Assembly: GCA_050738115.1 (NCBI GenBank)
Contig: JBOHYX010000001.1
Location: 1 to 29,471, forward strand
DNA from: Rhodanobacteraceae bacterium
Lineage (GTDB): Bacteria; Pseudomonadota; Gammaproteobacteria; Xanthomonadales; Rhodanobacteraceae
Length of the DNA stretch: 29,471 nucleotides
Reading direction: 5' to 3'
This document shows positions 16,667-27,250 of the stretch, one piece after another. The notes beneath the pieces were generated by a model that did no database searches, was not told where the DNA came from, and was given only the letters and a program-made list of their open reading frames with translations. The position numbers were made by a program, and so were the translations under genes. Every line of letters begins with the position of its first letter. Position 1 is the stretch's first letter.

Positions 16667-18109
16667 TCAAAAATGCCCGAACGCGGCGAGGCACCAGCCG
16701 AAGAGGATGCCGGAAAACCCGATCATCGCGATCAGGCCCAGCGCGTTGATCGACAGCACGCCGCGCAACAGCAGATCGGGTTGCGGGCTGAGCTCGACGC
16801 CCTCGACGGGCTCGTCGAAATACATCACCCAGACGATGCGCAGGTAGTAGAACAACCCGATGATCGCGCAGATGATCGCGACGACCGCGAGCCACAGCAT
16901 GCCGCCGTCGATCGCGGCCTTGAGCACCAGCACCTTGGCGGAAAAGCCCCACATGGGCGGGATGCCGGCCAGCGAGAACATCGCAATCGCCATCATCCCG
17001 GCGAACCACGGCGAGCGCTTGTTGAGGCCCTTCAGGTCCGAAATCATCTCGCACTCGAAGCCCTTTTTCGCCAGCGCCAGGATCACGCCGAAGGCCGCGG
17101 TCTCCATCAGCGCGAAGCACACCGCGTAGAACAGCGCCGAGGAGAAACCTTCCGGCGTCGGGTTGGACAAGCCGAGGAACACGAAGCCCATGTGCGAGAT
17201 CGTCGAATATGCGAGCATGCGCTTGAAGTTGGTCTGCGCGATCGCGACCACGTTGCCGATCAGCAGCGACAACGCCGCCATGATCGCGAGCATCATCCGC
17301 CAGTCGACCGCGAGCGGCCCCAATCCCACTTCCAGCAGCCGGTAGGCCAACCCGACCGCCGCGAGCTTGGGCACCGCGCTGATGTACATCGCGATCGGCG
17401 TGGGCGCGCCCTCGTACACGTCGGGCAGCCACATGTGGAAGGGCACCGCGCCGAACTCGAAGCCGATCGACACCACCAGGAACACCAGGCCGAACTGCAG
17501 CAGGTGCGGATGGGCGGTGGTGCCGATCGCAGCGAATATGCGGTGCAGGTCGAGCGTGCCGGTCGCGCCGTAGATCAACGACATCCCGAACAGCAGCAGG
17601 CCGGACGCGAGCGCGCCCAGCACGAAGAACTTGATCGCGGCTTCCGAAGCCAGCCTGGATTCGCGATTCATCGCGATCAGCGCGTACGTCGGCAACGCGA
17701 ACAGCTCGAGCCCGAGATAGATCGTGATGAGGTTCCCGGCCGACACCAGCAGCATCACGCCCAGCACCGAGAACATCGACAGCGAATAGAACTCGCCGAT
17801 GAAGAGCTGGCGGTCCTTGAGCCACGGCCGCGCGATCACGTACATCAGGAACGTCGCGGCCAGCACCGCGACCTTGAGGATCTCGGCCATGTGGTCGCGG
17901 ATGAACATGCCGTGGAATGCGGTGGCGGTCCCAGCCGGCTGGCCCCAGATCACGAGGAACATCGTGAACGCCAGCAGGACCAGGGCAATCCAGTGCGTGT
18001 AGTCGCGGTGCTCATCGTCGAGGAACACGTCGAAGAGCAGGACAAAGCAGGCCGCGGCGGTCAGGTAAATCTCCGGCAGCAGCAGCAGCAGGTCTTTGGC
18101 ACCGATCAT
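16667..18109 (-). CDS. nuoN: NADH-quinone oxidoreductase subunit N
   Basis: SEAAIKFFVLGALASG, AVPFHMWLPDVYEGAPTP, KRMLAYSTISHMG, SLAGIPP; last gene of the nuo run. Confidence 0.97.
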   Translation of the reverse strand: MIGAKDLLLLLPEIYLTAAACFVLLFDVFLDDEHRDYTHWIALVLLAFTMFLVIWGQPAGTATAFHGMFIRDHMAEILKVAVLAATFLMYVIARPWLKDRQLFIGEFYSLSMFSVLGVMLLVSAGNLITIYLGLELFALPTYALIAMNRESRLASEAAIKFFVLGALASGLLLFGMSLIYGATGTLDLHRIFAAIGTTAHPHLLQFGLVFLVVSIGFEFGAVPFHMWLPDVYEGAPTPIAMYISAVPKLAAVGLAYRLLEVGLGPLAVDWRMMLAIMAALSLLIGNVVAIAQTNFKRMLAYSTISHMGFVFLGLSNPTPEGFSSALFYAVCFALMETAAFGVILALAKKGFECEMISDLKGLNKRSPWFAGMMAIAMFSLAGIPPMWGFSAKVLVLKAAIDGGMLWLAVVAIICAIIGLFYYLRIVWVMYFDEPVEGVELSPQPDLLLRGVLSINALGLIAMIGFSGILFGWCLAAFGHF

Positions 18110-18189
18110 GTATTGAATCTCGTCTATGCGACCTTCCTGGTCGCGACAATCAAAACGCGGTCATCCGTGACCGCACTTTCGGGAAAAGA

Positions 18190-19701
18190 TCAGACCTTGC
18201 TGGCCATCACGTGGGTCACGAGTTGCGCGACCGATGAATCCATCAGGTGCATCAGCGGCCATGGATACACGCCGATCGCCAGCACGAAGATCGCGAAGAT
18301 CCCAAGCACCCAGCCTTCGCGGGTGTTGATTTCCGGCATCTCCGCGGCCGCCTTCGTCGGCGACGTACTCCACACGATGCGCTTGATCAGCCACAGCGTG
18401 TAGCCGGCGCTGATGATCAGCGAATACGCGGCGAACAGCGCGATCCATGGGTTGGCCGTGAAGCTCGACAGGATCACCATGAATTCGCCGACGAACCCCG
18501 AGGTACCCGGCAGGCCCGTGTTCGCCATCGCGAACAGCACCCAGAACGCGGCGAACCACGGCATCACCTTGGCCAGCCCGCCGAACACCGAAATCTCGTG
18601 GGTGTGCAGGCGGTCGTACATCACGCCGATGCAGGTGAACAGCGCGCCCGACACGAAGCCGTGCGAGATCATCTGCACCACCGCGCCCTGCACGCCGAGC
18701 TCCGCCATGTTCACGTCGTGCAATTGGCGCGCCAGCATGAACACGATGAAGAGACCCAAGGTCACGAAGCCCATGTGCGCGATCGACGAATACGCGACCA
18801 GCTTCTTCATGTCCGGCTGCACCATCGCGACGTAGCCGATGTAGATGATCGCGATCAGCGACAGCACGATGATCACCCACGCATAGCGCTGCGCCGCGTC
18901 CGGCACGATCGGCAGCGCGAACAGGATGAACCCGAAGGTTCCGACCTTCAGCATGATCGCCGCCAGGATCACGGAACCCCCGGTCGGCGCCTCGACGTGC
19001 GCATCCGGCAGCCACGTATGCACCGGCACCATCGGTGTCTTGATCGCGAACGCGATCGCGAACGACGCGAACAGCCAGGTCTGCTGTTGCATCGTGAACG
19101 GATACGCCCACAGCGCCGGCAGGTCGAAGGTGCCGGCGACGTGATACATGTACAAAATCCCGATCAGGAAGAAGATCGAGCCGAAAAACGTGTAGATGAA
19201 GAACTTCAGGGTCGCGTAGACGCGCCGCTCGCCGCCCCACACGCCGATGAGGAAGAACATCGGGATCAGAATGGCCTCGAAGAAGAGATAAAACAGCAGC
19301 GCGTCCATCGAGCAGAACACGCCGATCAGGAGGCCGTCGAGCACCAGCACCGCGGCCATGTACTGGTGCACCTTGACCTTGATGATCTCCCACGCGCCGC
19401 CGACCACGAGGATGTGTATCACCGCGGTCAGCACGATCAGCGCAACCGAGATCCCGTTGACGCCGAGGTGGTAACTCGAATTGATGCCGGGTATCCAGCG
19501 CAGCTTCTCCTGCATCTGGTAGCCGCCCGGCCCGGCGTGGTACTGCGACCACAGGAACAGGCTGAGCCCGAACGTGATCAGGGTGACGGCCAGCGACAGC
19601 CAGCGCGCGAGGTGCGGGCGTTTGTCGCCGCACAGCAGCACGACGATGGCGCCGAGGCAGGGAAACCAGATCAGCGCGCTGAGGATGGGCCAATCGGTCA
19701 T
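18190..19701 (-). CDS. nuoM: NADH-quinone oxidoreductase subunit M
   Basis: HTWLPDAHVEAPTGGSVILAAIMLK, DMKKLVAYSSIAHMG, GLPGTSGFVGEF; AAGGA SD before ATG 19701. Confidence 0.97.
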   Translation of the reverse strand: MTDWPILSALIWFPCLGAIVVLLCGDKRPHLARWLSLAVTLITFGLSLFLWSQYHAGPGGYQMQEKLRWIPGINSSYHLGVNGISVALIVLTAVIHILVVGGAWEIIKVKVHQYMAAVLVLDGLLIGVFCSMDALLFYLFFEAILIPMFFLIGVWGGERRVYATLKFFIYTFFGSIFFLIGILYMYHVAGTFDLPALWAYPFTMQQQTWLFASFAIAFAIKTPMVPVHTWLPDAHVEAPTGGSVILAAIMLKVGTFGFILFALPIVPDAAQRYAWVIIVLSLIAIIYIGYVAMVQPDMKKLVAYSSIAHMGFVTLGLFIVFMLARQLHDVNMAELGVQGAVVQMISHGFVSGALFTCIGVMYDRLHTHEISVFGGLAKVMPWFAAFWVLFAMANTGLPGTSGFVGEFMVILSSFTANPWIALFAAYSLIISAGYTLWLIKRIVWSTSPTKAAAEMPEINTREGWVLGIFAIFVLAIGVYPWPLMHLMDSSVAQLVTHVMASKV

Positions 19702-19717
19702 GCCGGTTCCTTGTTCA

Positions 19718-19914
19718 GGGACTCGGGACCCGGGACTCGGGACTCGATAGAGCAAGAAATCCGAAGCCAATGGGTTGCTCTTGACACGTCGGTTGAACAG
19801 CAGGGATACGAGAGCGCGGTACGACCGGTCGCGAGCTTTGCCCGAGTCTCGAGTCCCCAGTCCCGAGTCCCGTACCTTTCACCCCGAGTCCCCAGTTCCC
19901 AGTCCCGAGTCCCG
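19718..19914. repeat. Heptamer-armed element (GGGACTC)n - core - (GAGTCCC)n, copy in nuoL/nuoM spacer
   Basis: About four GGGACTC-like units on the left, about ten degenerate CCGAGTC units on the right; the core is homologous to 27251-27406 in the opposite orientation. Confidence 0.9.
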
Positions 19915-19930
19915 CCGTTTGCAGCACCCA

Positions 19931-21934
19931 TCATGTCAATCCCCAATACCACAGCCCGCCCAGCAGCAGGATCAGGCCGATGATCATTGCGAATGCGTAG
20001 TGATAGAGGAACCCGGTCTGCAGCCGCCGGAACACGCGCGAGCTGCGCTCGGTGACGAATGCGGCACCGTTCACCGCGTTGTCGAACAGGCCCATGTCGG
20101 TGCCCTTCCAGAACACGCGCCCCGTCTTGATGCCGCCGCGTCCGAACAGGTTGAACTGGACGTAGTCGAACCAGTACTTGCGCTTGAGGATCTTGTAGAC
20201 CGGCAGGAACATCCGCGCCGCGCGACCGGCGACGCCCGGGTTGAACTGGTAGACGTAGGTCGCGACCAGGAACCCGAACAGGGCGATCAGGAATGACGGG
20301 CTGTAGAAGCTGTGCACGAGAAACTGCAGGGAGCTGTGGAACTCGGGCGCCATCTTCGCCAGCACGTTGTCCGTCGGCAGCACGAAGATCGACTTGCCAA
20401 GCCAATTGCCATACAGCAATGGCTTGGCCGCGAACCAACCGATCGCCACGGCAGGGATCGCCAGCAGCACCAGCGGCACGGTCACGACCAGCGGCGATTC
20501 CCTGGGTTCGTGCGGCAGGACGCCGGGCTGCGGGAACTTTTCCTCGTGATACCCGTGGACGACCTTCCAGCGCGGCTCGCCGTGGAAGGTCATGTAGATC
20601 ATGCGGAACGTGTACAGCGCCGTCAGGAACACGCCCAGCAGCACGCAGTAATACGCGTAGGTGTGGCCCCACACGTGCGCCTCGCCGACCGCGTCGATGA
20701 TGGTGTCCTTCGAGAAGAAACCCGAGAAACCCGGTGCCGCGCACAGTGACAACCCGCCGGCCCACATCGTGTAATAGGTGACCGGCATGCGTTTGCGCAG
20801 GCCGCCCATGTAGCGCATGTCCTGCCAGTGGTGCATCGCCATGATCACCGAGCCGGAGCACAGGAACAGCAGCGCCTTGTAGAAGGCATGCGTCATCAGG
20901 TGGAACATGCCCGCGGCGTACGCCGACGCACCCAGTGCCGCGACCATGTAACCGAGTTGCGAGAGCGTCGAGTACGCAATCACCTTCTTGATGTCGTTCT
21001 GCACCACGCCCACCGCGCCCATGAAGAACGCGCCGGTCGCGCCCACGATCAGGACCACCGACAGCGCTGTCGGCGACATCTCATACAGCGGCGACATCCG
21101 CGCGATCATGTAGACACCGGCGGTCACCATCGTCGCGGCATGGATCAGGGCCGAGATCGGGGTCGGGCCTTCCATCGAATCGGGCAGCCAGACGTGCAGC
21201 GGCACCTGCGCAGACTTGCCGGCCGCCCCCACGAACAGCAGCAGGCAGATCAGGGTCGCCAGCGAGAACGGATGCAGGCCGGCGACGTCGATGGTGCGGC
21301 CCGCGAGCGTCGGCGCCTCGGCGAACACCGTGGAATAGTTGAGGGTGTGGAAGCCGTACAGCACCGCCGCGATCCCGAGGATGAACCCCATGTCGCCCAC
21401 GCGGTTGACGATGAACGCCTTGAGCGCGGCGAAATTCGCGCTGGGCCGGTCGAACCAGAACCCGATCAGGAGGTAGGACACCAGGCCCACCAGCTCCCAG
21501 CCGACGAACAACTGCAGGAAGTTGTTGGCGATCACCAGCAGCAGCATCGAGAAGGTGAACAGCGCGATGTACGCGAAGAACCGCGAGAAACCCGGGTCGT
21601 CGCGCATGTAGCCGATGGTGTAGATGTGCACCATCAAGGACACGAAGTTCACCACGACCAGCATGTACACGGTCAACCGGTCGACCAGGAAGCCGATCCC
21701 TATCGTGAACTTGCCGACCTCGAGCCAGGTGTAGACGTCGTGATTGAAGACCGGCGCGCCGCCCCACACCAACTGGTAAAGCACCAGGATCGACAGTGCC
21801 AGCGACAACGCCACCGACACGATCGCAACCCCGGCGGCGCCGACGCGGCCGATCTGGTTGCGCGCAAGGCCGCCAATCAGCGCGCCGGCCAGCGGCGCGG
21901 CGATCAACACGATCAGGACGGTTTGGCTGATCAC
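19931..21934 (-). CDS. nuoL: NADH-quinone oxidoreductase subunit L
   Basis: GKSAQVPLHVWLPDSMEGPTPISALIHAATMVTAG, DIKKVIAYSTLSQLG, HAFYKALLFL; GAGGT SD before GTG 21934. Confidence 0.97.
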   Translation of the reverse strand: MISQTVLIVLIAAPLAGALIGGLARNQIGRVGAAGVAIVSVALSLALSILVLYQLVWGGAPVFNHDVYTWLEVGKFTIGIGFLVDRLTVYMLVVVNFVSLMVHIYTIGYMRDDPGFSRFFAYIALFTFSMLLLVIANNFLQLFVGWELVGLVSYLLIGFWFDRPSANFAALKAFIVNRVGDMGFILGIAAVLYGFHTLNYSTVFAEAPTLAGRTIDVAGLHPFSLATLICLLLFVGAAGKSAQVPLHVWLPDSMEGPTPISALIHAATMVTAGVYMIARMSPLYEMSPTALSVVLIVGATGAFFMGAVGVVQNDIKKVIAYSTLSQLGYMVAALGASAYAAGMFHLMTHAFYKALLFLCSGSVIMAMHHWQDMRYMGGLRKRMPVTYYTMWAGGLSLCAAPGFSGFFSKDTIIDAVGEAHVWGHTYAYYCVLLGVFLTALYTFRMIYMTFHGEPRWKVVHGYHEEKFPQPGVLPHEPRESPLVVTVPLVLLAIPAVAIGWFAAKPLLYGNWLGKSIFVLPTDNVLAKMAPEFHSSLQFLVHSFYSPSFLIALFGFLVATYVYQFNPGVAGRAARMFLPVYKILKRKYWFDYVQFNLFGRGGIKTGRVFWKGTDMGLFDNAVNGAAFVTERSSRVFRRLQTGFLYHYAFAMIIGLILLLGGLWYWGLT

Positions 21935-22027
21935 GCCTGTACCTCGACAGCAAGTTCCCGGCTGGCCGCGCCGCTCGGGGCGCGGCATCGTTCAACGCGA
22001 TGTGGCATGGGGCACTCCCTTGCAGCG

Positions 22028-22339
22028 CTAATAGCGCAACGTGTCGATTTCGTCGACGTTGATCGTGCGACGGTTGCGGAACATCAGGACGACGATCGCG
22101 AGGCCGATGGCCGATTCGGCCGCCGCCACCGTCAGGATGAAGAACACGAACACCTGCCCGGCGGGCTGACCGAGATAGCGCGAGAACGCGACGAAATTGG
22201 TGTTGACGGCAAGCAGCATCAGTTCGATGCACATCAGCAGCGTGATCACGTTCTTGCGATTGATGAAGATGCCGGCGATCGAGATGCAGAACAGCACCGT
22301 CGCGAACACCACGTACCAGGACAGTGGGACTCCACTCAT
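22028..22339 (-). CDS. nuoK: NADH-quinone oxidoreductase subunit K
   Basis: [46 protein letters not shown] overlap with the nuoJ stop. Confidence 0.96.
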   Translation of the reverse strand: MSGVPLSWYVVFATVLFCISIAGIFINRKNVITLLMCIELMLLAVNTNFVAFSRYLGQPAGQVFVFFILTVAAAESAIGLAIVVLMFRNRRTINVDEIDTLRY

Positions 22340-22971
22340 GGCTGCGATTCCTCCTGGACCGGTTCGGGCGGCGCCGGCCTGACCGCCGCCATCTTCACGA
22401 GACGGATACGGGTCGCCGCATCCACCGCCGACTGCGCAGCCGGATTCTGGTGCTTGGAAATGGCGCGTGCGCGCAACGCCAGCACCACCGCCGCGACGAG
22501 GCCCACCGTCAGGATCACCGCCGCCATCTCGAACGGCAGCAGGAACCGTGTGAACAACGCCTCGCCCAGCCATTCGATGTTGGAGGTGCCCGCGGGGTTC
22601 GGACCCGCCTGCAGGTCGAAGGTCCTGACGCCGATGATGCCCAGCATCTCGATCAGCATGATGACGGCCGCGCCGATGCCGACCGGCAGGTACCTGATGA
22701 AGCCTTCGCGCATCGGCTCGAGGTCGACGTCCAGCATCATCACCACGAACAGGAACAGCACCATCACCGCGCCGACGTACACCACCACCAGCGCCAGTGC
22801 GAGGAACTCGGCTTCGGCGAGCATCCACAGGCACGCCGCCGAGAAGAACGTCAGCACCAGCGCCAGCACGCCGTGCACGGTGTTCTTCACCGATACCACG
22901 GCCAGCGCCGCGCCGACCGTGACCACGGCGAACACGATGAACAAGACCATCTGGAATATGGGGTGACTCAT
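22336..22971 (-). CDS. nuoJ: NADH-quinone oxidoreductase subunit J
   Basis: [39 protein letters not shown]; start MSHPIFQ at ATG 22971. Confidence 0.95.
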   Translation of the reverse strand: MSHPIFQMVLFIVFAVVTVGAALAVVSVKNTVHGVLALVLTFFSAACLWMLAEAEFLALALVVVYVGAVMVLFLFVVMMLDVDLEPMREGFIRYLPVGIGAAVIMLIEMLGIIGVRTFDLQAGPNPAGTSNIEWLGEALFTRFLLPFEMAAVILTVGLVAAVVLALRARAISKHQNPAAQSAVDAATRIRLVKMAAVRPAPPEPVQEESQP

Positions 22972-23048
22972 GGGTACGAATGACTCATGCAAGAACAATT
23001 CACAACGCGACCGCTCCAGCTCGCGCGGAAGTCCGACAAAATTACTTT

Positions 23049-23245
23049 GTCATTCCGGGGCTGCCCGCGCTGTTTGCGGGCAGAACCCGGAATCCAGCTT
23101 CTAGCGTAATCGAGACCAGGAGCTGGATAGACTCGCGCCATCCATGGCGCTCGCCCTCCGAGCCGCCTTCGGCGTTCGCGCTTGCAATCCTGCAAGCGCA
23201 GTCGGGTTCCATCGCCGATGAACTCGGCGATGGCCCCGGAATGAC
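23049..23245. repeat. GTCATTCCG...CGGAATGAC palindromic element, copy 3, carrying a nested insert at 23130-23203
   Basis: Aligns end to end with the reverse complement of 3475-3599 apart from a net 72-bp insertion right after CTGGAT. Confidence 0.9.
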
Positions 23246-23293
23246 GACCTCTAAAATGTCGCTCCGAACCGGTTCCGTTGAGCGTCAAGCAGT

Positions 23294-23785
23294 TCATCGG
23301 TAGGCCGCGTCCTGGGCGCGGTTGGCGGCGATGCTTTTCTCGAAGCGGTCGCCGATCGCGAGCAGTTGCGGCTTGGTCAGGATATTCTCGCCGCGGCGCT
23401 CCATGTGGTATTCGAGGATGTCGGTCAGCACGATCGAATCGACCGGGCAGCTTTCCTCGCAGAAGCCGCAATAGATGCACTTGAACAGGTCGATGTCGTA
23501 ACGCGTGGTGCGGCGCTGGCCATCGCTGGCGCGCGGCGCCGAATCGATCGTGATCGCGAGTGCCGGGCACACCGCTTCGCACAGCTTGCACGCGATGCAG
23601 CGTTCCTCGCCATTGGGATAGCGGCGCAACGCGTGGATGCCGCGAAAACGCGGCGAGCGCGGAATCGTCTCCATCGGGAACCGGATGGTGTACTTCGGCT
23701 TGAACAGGTATTTCAGCGTCAGCCACAGCCCGGCCGCGAGTTCCAGCAGCAGGAGGCTCTTGAAATAGGCAACGATTCGTTTCAA
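23294..23785 (-). CDS. nuoI: NADH-quinone oxidoreductase subunit I
   Basis: Two 4Fe-4S motifs [12 protein letters not shown] and [15 protein letters not shown] start after GGAGGT SD, 1 nt after the nuoH stop. Confidence 0.97.
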   Translation of the reverse strand: MKRIVAYFKSLLLLELAAGLWLTLKYLFKPKYTIRFPMETIPRSPRFRGIHALRRYPNGEERCIACKLCEAVCPALAITIDSAPRASDGQRRTTRYDIDLFKCIYCGFCEESCPVDSIVLTDILEYHMERRGENILTKPQLLAIGDRFEKSIAANRAQDAAYR

Positions 23786-23786
23786 C

Positions 23787-24815
23787 TCAACCTCCGATCG
23801 GCGCCAGCGCGAAAAACTTCAGGAGCCCGGCGACGAAGATCCACGCAATCGATATCGGGATGAACACCTTCCAGCCGAGGCGCATGATCTGGTCATAGCG
23901 GTAACGGGGGAAGGTCGCGCGCAGCCACACGTACGACGTCGCCAGGATGAAGAACTTGGCGAACAGCCACCACCAGCCCGGCGCGGACAGGCCGGCAAGA
24001 TGCCAGCCCTGGAACGGGCTGAGCCACCCGCCAAGGAACAGCAGCGACACCAGGAACGAGGCGAGGATCATGTTCGCGTATTCGGCGAGGAAGAACAGCG
24101 CGAAAGCGGACCCCGAATACTCGACGTGGTACCCCGCGACGATCTCCGACTCGCCCTCGGCCACGTCGAACGGCAGCCGGTTGGTCTCGGCGACGCCCGA
24201 AATGTAGAACACGAAGAACACCGGCAACAGCGGCAGCCAGAACCAGTTGAACAGGCCCGCGGGGCCGGCCTGGGCCTCGACGATGGCGCTGAAGTTGAGG
24301 CTGCCCGCCAGCACCAGCACGCACACCAGCGCCATGCCCATGCAGATTTCGTAGGAGATCATCTGCGCGGCCGAACGCATCGCGCCCAGCAGCGCGTAGC
24401 GCGAATTGGAGGCCCAGCCGCCGAGGATGATCCCGTAAATGCCGAGCGAGGTCATCGCGAGCAGGAACAGCACGCCCGCGTTGGCGTTGGAGAGCACCAG
24501 CCCATGGTTGAATGGAATGACCGCCCACACCGCCAGCGCCGGGATCACCGCCAGCAATGGCGCGGTGAAATACAGGACGCGGTTGGCGTTGGTCGGGACG
24601 ATGATCTCCTTGATCAGGAGCTTCACCACGTCCGCGAACGCCTGCACCACGCCCCACGGCCCGATCTGGTTCGGCCCCATGCGCACGTGCATCCAGCCGA
24701 TGACCTTGCGCTCCCACCACACGTACATGGCGACCGTGAGGATCAGCGGCACCGCGACCGCAAGGACGTAGCCCAGCGTGATTCCGAAGATGATGCCGTC
24801 CTGGGCGGGGCTCAT
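23787..24815 (-). CDS. nuoH: NADH-quinone oxidoreductase subunit H
   Basis: [55 protein letters not shown]. Confidence 0.97.
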   Translation of the reverse strand: MSPAQDGIIFGITLGYVLAVAVPLILTVAMYVWWERKVIGWMHVRMGPNQIGPWGVVQAFADVVKLLIKEIIVPTNANRVLYFTAPLLAVIPALAVWAVIPFNHGLVLSNANAGVLFLLAMTSLGIYGIILGGWASNSRYALLGAMRSAAQMISYEICMGMALVCVLVLAGSLNFSAIVEAQAGPAGLFNWFWLPLLPVFFVFYISGVAETNRLPFDVAEGESEIVAGYHVEYSGSAFALFFLAEYANMILASFLVSLLFLGGWLSPFQGWHLAGLSAPGWWWLFAKFFILATSYVWLRATFPRYRYDQIMRLGWKVFIPISIAWIFVAGLLKFFALAPIGG

Positions 24816-27238
24816 GCGTTGATCGCCTTGATGGTGAGTGCCGCGCCATACGGCGGCAGCGATGCGGTTTCGGCGTGGCCGGCCTCGACCCAGGCGCAGC
24901 CTCGCGGCACCGATGCGTCGACGACGACCGGAAGTTGCACGCCCGCGACGTCGGCGCTTGCACCATCGGCCAGGCCGAGCGCCTGCGCGTCTTCCGCGCC
25001 GAGGCGCACCTCCGGCGCGCGGTTCAAGGAATGCTTTTGCAGCCCCTTGGCCCTGCGCACCACCGCGTCGCTGCGGTAGATCCCGACCGTCGCGAGCCGC
25101 GTCAGCGCTCCGTCGGGGATTGGCGCGCGCGCGGAAAGGCGTTGACCCGGTCCCCGGACCCCGGTCCCCGGTCCCGCTGAGCCGGCGCCGACGCGTTCGC
25201 CCATGCGTGCACGCACGGCCTTGAGGTCGACGAAGTCGAAGCCCGCGACGCCGAGCGCGGCGCCCAGCACGCGCAGCACCTTCCAGCCCGGCCGAGCGTC
25301 GCCGGGCAGCGTGGCGCCGGCGGACACCGCCTGCACGAATCCGTCGACATTCACGTAGCTGCCGTCGGTTTCCGGCGGCAGGCCGAGCGGCAGCACCGCG
25401 TCGGCGGTGCGCCGGACGTCATCGTCAAGGTACGCCCCGGCGTGCACGTGGAATTGCGCGTTTTCCCGCGCGCGGTCGTACTGGGCCGGCGCGAACGTGT
25501 CCTGCGCCTCCGCCTGCCAGGTGATCAATGCCTTCGGCGGATTCTCCATGATCGCGCGGGCATGGCCGTCCGCCGCCGCCGACTGCGCGCCGACGCGCGC
25601 CAGGCCCACCGCGTTGGCACCGGATGGCAGCTCATCGAACGCGCTGCCGGTCGCCCTGGCGATCGCGCGCGCCAGCGCCCGCAGCCACGCCGCCTGCGGG
25701 TGCTGGGTCGCGGCGTCGCCCAGGATCACCACCGAGGATGCCGCGTCCTTGAGCGCCTTCATCCACACATGCGCGTCGGCGTGGTCATCGGCCGCAGCGA
25801 TGGCGTCCGCCAGCGTGCGATCGTCGCCTTGCGCGCCCGCCGCCTTCGCCGTGCATAGCAACGCGTCGACGAGATCCTGCGGCGCAAATGCCTTCTCGCC
25901 CGCCAACTCGAAATGGAAATCGAAATGCGCGGGATTGATCGCGTAGACCGCCGCACCGTCCACCGTGGCGATGTCGTAGGCGGCGATGTTGGCGACGTGT
26001 GACTTCGATGAATCGTGGCGCGTCGCGCGCCGCACGCGCTGGTTCAGGAGTGGCATCTCGAAGCGCGCGAAGCTGCCGACGAGGAGACCGGCGCGGATCT
26101 CCGCGACGTCCTCCACCGGCATCTCGAAGGTTTGTCCGGCCGGACCGCCGTCACTGAAGTCCTGCACCCGCAGGCGATGGTCGATGCGCTCGCTGCCCAG
26201 GCCGCGCACGAGCTGCGCCAGCAGGAAACCCTCCTCGCACGAGGTGAGCGGGGCGAGCAGCGCACCGACGTCGCTGCCGGCCTGCTTCAAGCCATCCGCC
26301 ACGAACGCAAGCGCCTGGTCCCATTCGACTACGACGAGTTCACTGCCCTTGCGGATCATCGGCTTCAACGCGCGGTCTTCCGCGTACAGCCCCTCGTGGC
26401 TGTAACGGTCGCGATCGGCGAGCCAGCACTCGTTGATCGCCTCGTTCTCGCGCGGCACCGCGCGCAGCACCTGCGCGCGCTTGGTGTGCAGCCACAGGTT
26501 CGAGCCCAGCGCATCGTGGTAGCCGATCGACGGCTTGGCGATCAGCTCCCAGGCGCGCGCCTTGAACTGGAACACCTTGTCGGTCAGCGCGCCGACCGGG
26601 CACACGTCGATCACGTTGCCGGACAGTTCCGAGCCGATGCCGCGCCCGATCCACGTGCCGACCACGTGGCGGTCGCCACGGTCGAAGTCACCGAACTCGT
26701 AGCTGCCCGCGACCTCGCTCAGGAACCTGACGCAACGCGTGCAGTGGATGCAGCGCGTCATCTCGGTCGCGACCAGCGGCCCGACGTTTTCGTCGCTGAT
26801 GGTGCGCTTGCGCTCGGTGAACCGCGAAATGCCGCGGCCGAAGCCCATCGTGAGGTCCTGCAGTTCGCACTCGCCGCCCTGGTCGCAGATCGGGCAATCC
26901 AGCGGGTGGTTGATCAGCACGAACTCGAGCGCGTTCTGCTGCGCGTGGATGGCGTGTTCGGATTTGGTGAAGACCTTCATGCCCGCCGCAACCGGCGTGG
27001 CGCACGCCACCTGCGGCTTCGGCATGGTCCTGCCGTTCATCTCGACTTCGACCATGCACTGCCGGCACACCGCCGCGATCGGCAGCTTCTTGTGGTAGCA
27101 GAAACGCGGCAGCGGAATGCCGGCGGCATCGGCTGCGGTGATGATCGTCGAGCCCTTGGGCGCGGTGACGGGATGGCCGTCGATCTCGAGTTCCACCATC
27201 GGCACTGGCGGCGTGGTGTCTTTCGGCTGCGCGCTCAT
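24812..27238 (-). CDS. nuoG: NADH-quinone oxidoreductase subunit G
   Basis: PRFCYH...[41 protein letters not shown]. Confidence 0.97.
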   Translation of the reverse strand: MSAQPKDTTPPVPMVELEIDGHPVTAPKGSTIITAADAAGIPLPRFCYHKKLPIAAVCRQCMVEVEMNGRTMPKPQVACATPVAAGMKVFTKSEHAIHAQQNALEFVLINHPLDCPICDQGGECELQDLTMGFGRGISRFTERKRTISDENVGPLVATEMTRCIHCTRCVRFLSEVAGSYEFGDFDRGDRHVVGTWIGRGIGSELSGNVIDVCPVGALTDKVFQFKARAWELIAKPSIGYHDALGSNLWLHTKRAQVLRAVPRENEAINECWLADRDRYSHEGLYAEDRALKPMIRKGSELVVVEWDQALAFVADGLKQAGSDVGALLAPLTSCEEGFLLAQLVRGLGSERIDHRLRVQDFSDGGPAGQTFEMPVEDVAEIRAGLLVGSFARFEMPLLNQRVRRATRHDSSKSHVANIAAYDIATVDGAAVYAINPAHFDFHFELAGEKAFAPQDLVDALLCTAKAAGAQGDDRTLADAIAAADDHADAHVWMKALKDAASSVVILGDAATQHPQAAWLRALARAIARATGSAFDELPSGANAVGLARVGAQSAAADGHARAIMENPPKALITWQAEAQDTFAPAQYDRARENAQFHVHAGAYLDDDVRRTADAVLPLGLPPETDGSYVNVDGFVQAVSAGATLPGDARPGWKVLRVLGAALGVAGFDFVDLKAVRARMGERVGAGSAGPGTGVRGPGQRLSARAPIPDGALTRLATVGIYRSDAVVRRAKGLQKHSLNRAPEVRLGAEDAQALGLADGASADVAGVQLPVVVDASVPRGCAWVEAGHAETASLPPYGAALTIKAINA
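25146..25176. repeat. Four tandem CCCGG(T/A)C heptamers inside nuoG
   Basis: cccggtc cccggac cccggtc cccggtc ccg; translated as [10 protein letters not shown] in NuoG. Confidence 0.8.
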
Positions 27239-27250
27239 GCGTGAACTCCG

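Noticed and set aside
18110..18189. nuoM/nuoN spacer as another bridge ORF
   Set aside because: No start overlaps the nuoM stop, and the frames are closed (TAG at 18126-18124, TGA at 18163-18161). It holds only two small hairpins. A genuine counterexample to the relay pattern.
19718..19914. CRISPR array interpretation of the short repeats here and at 27251-27406 and 8491-8570
   Set aside because: Units are 7 or 9 bp in direct tandem without unique spacers; no cas genes.
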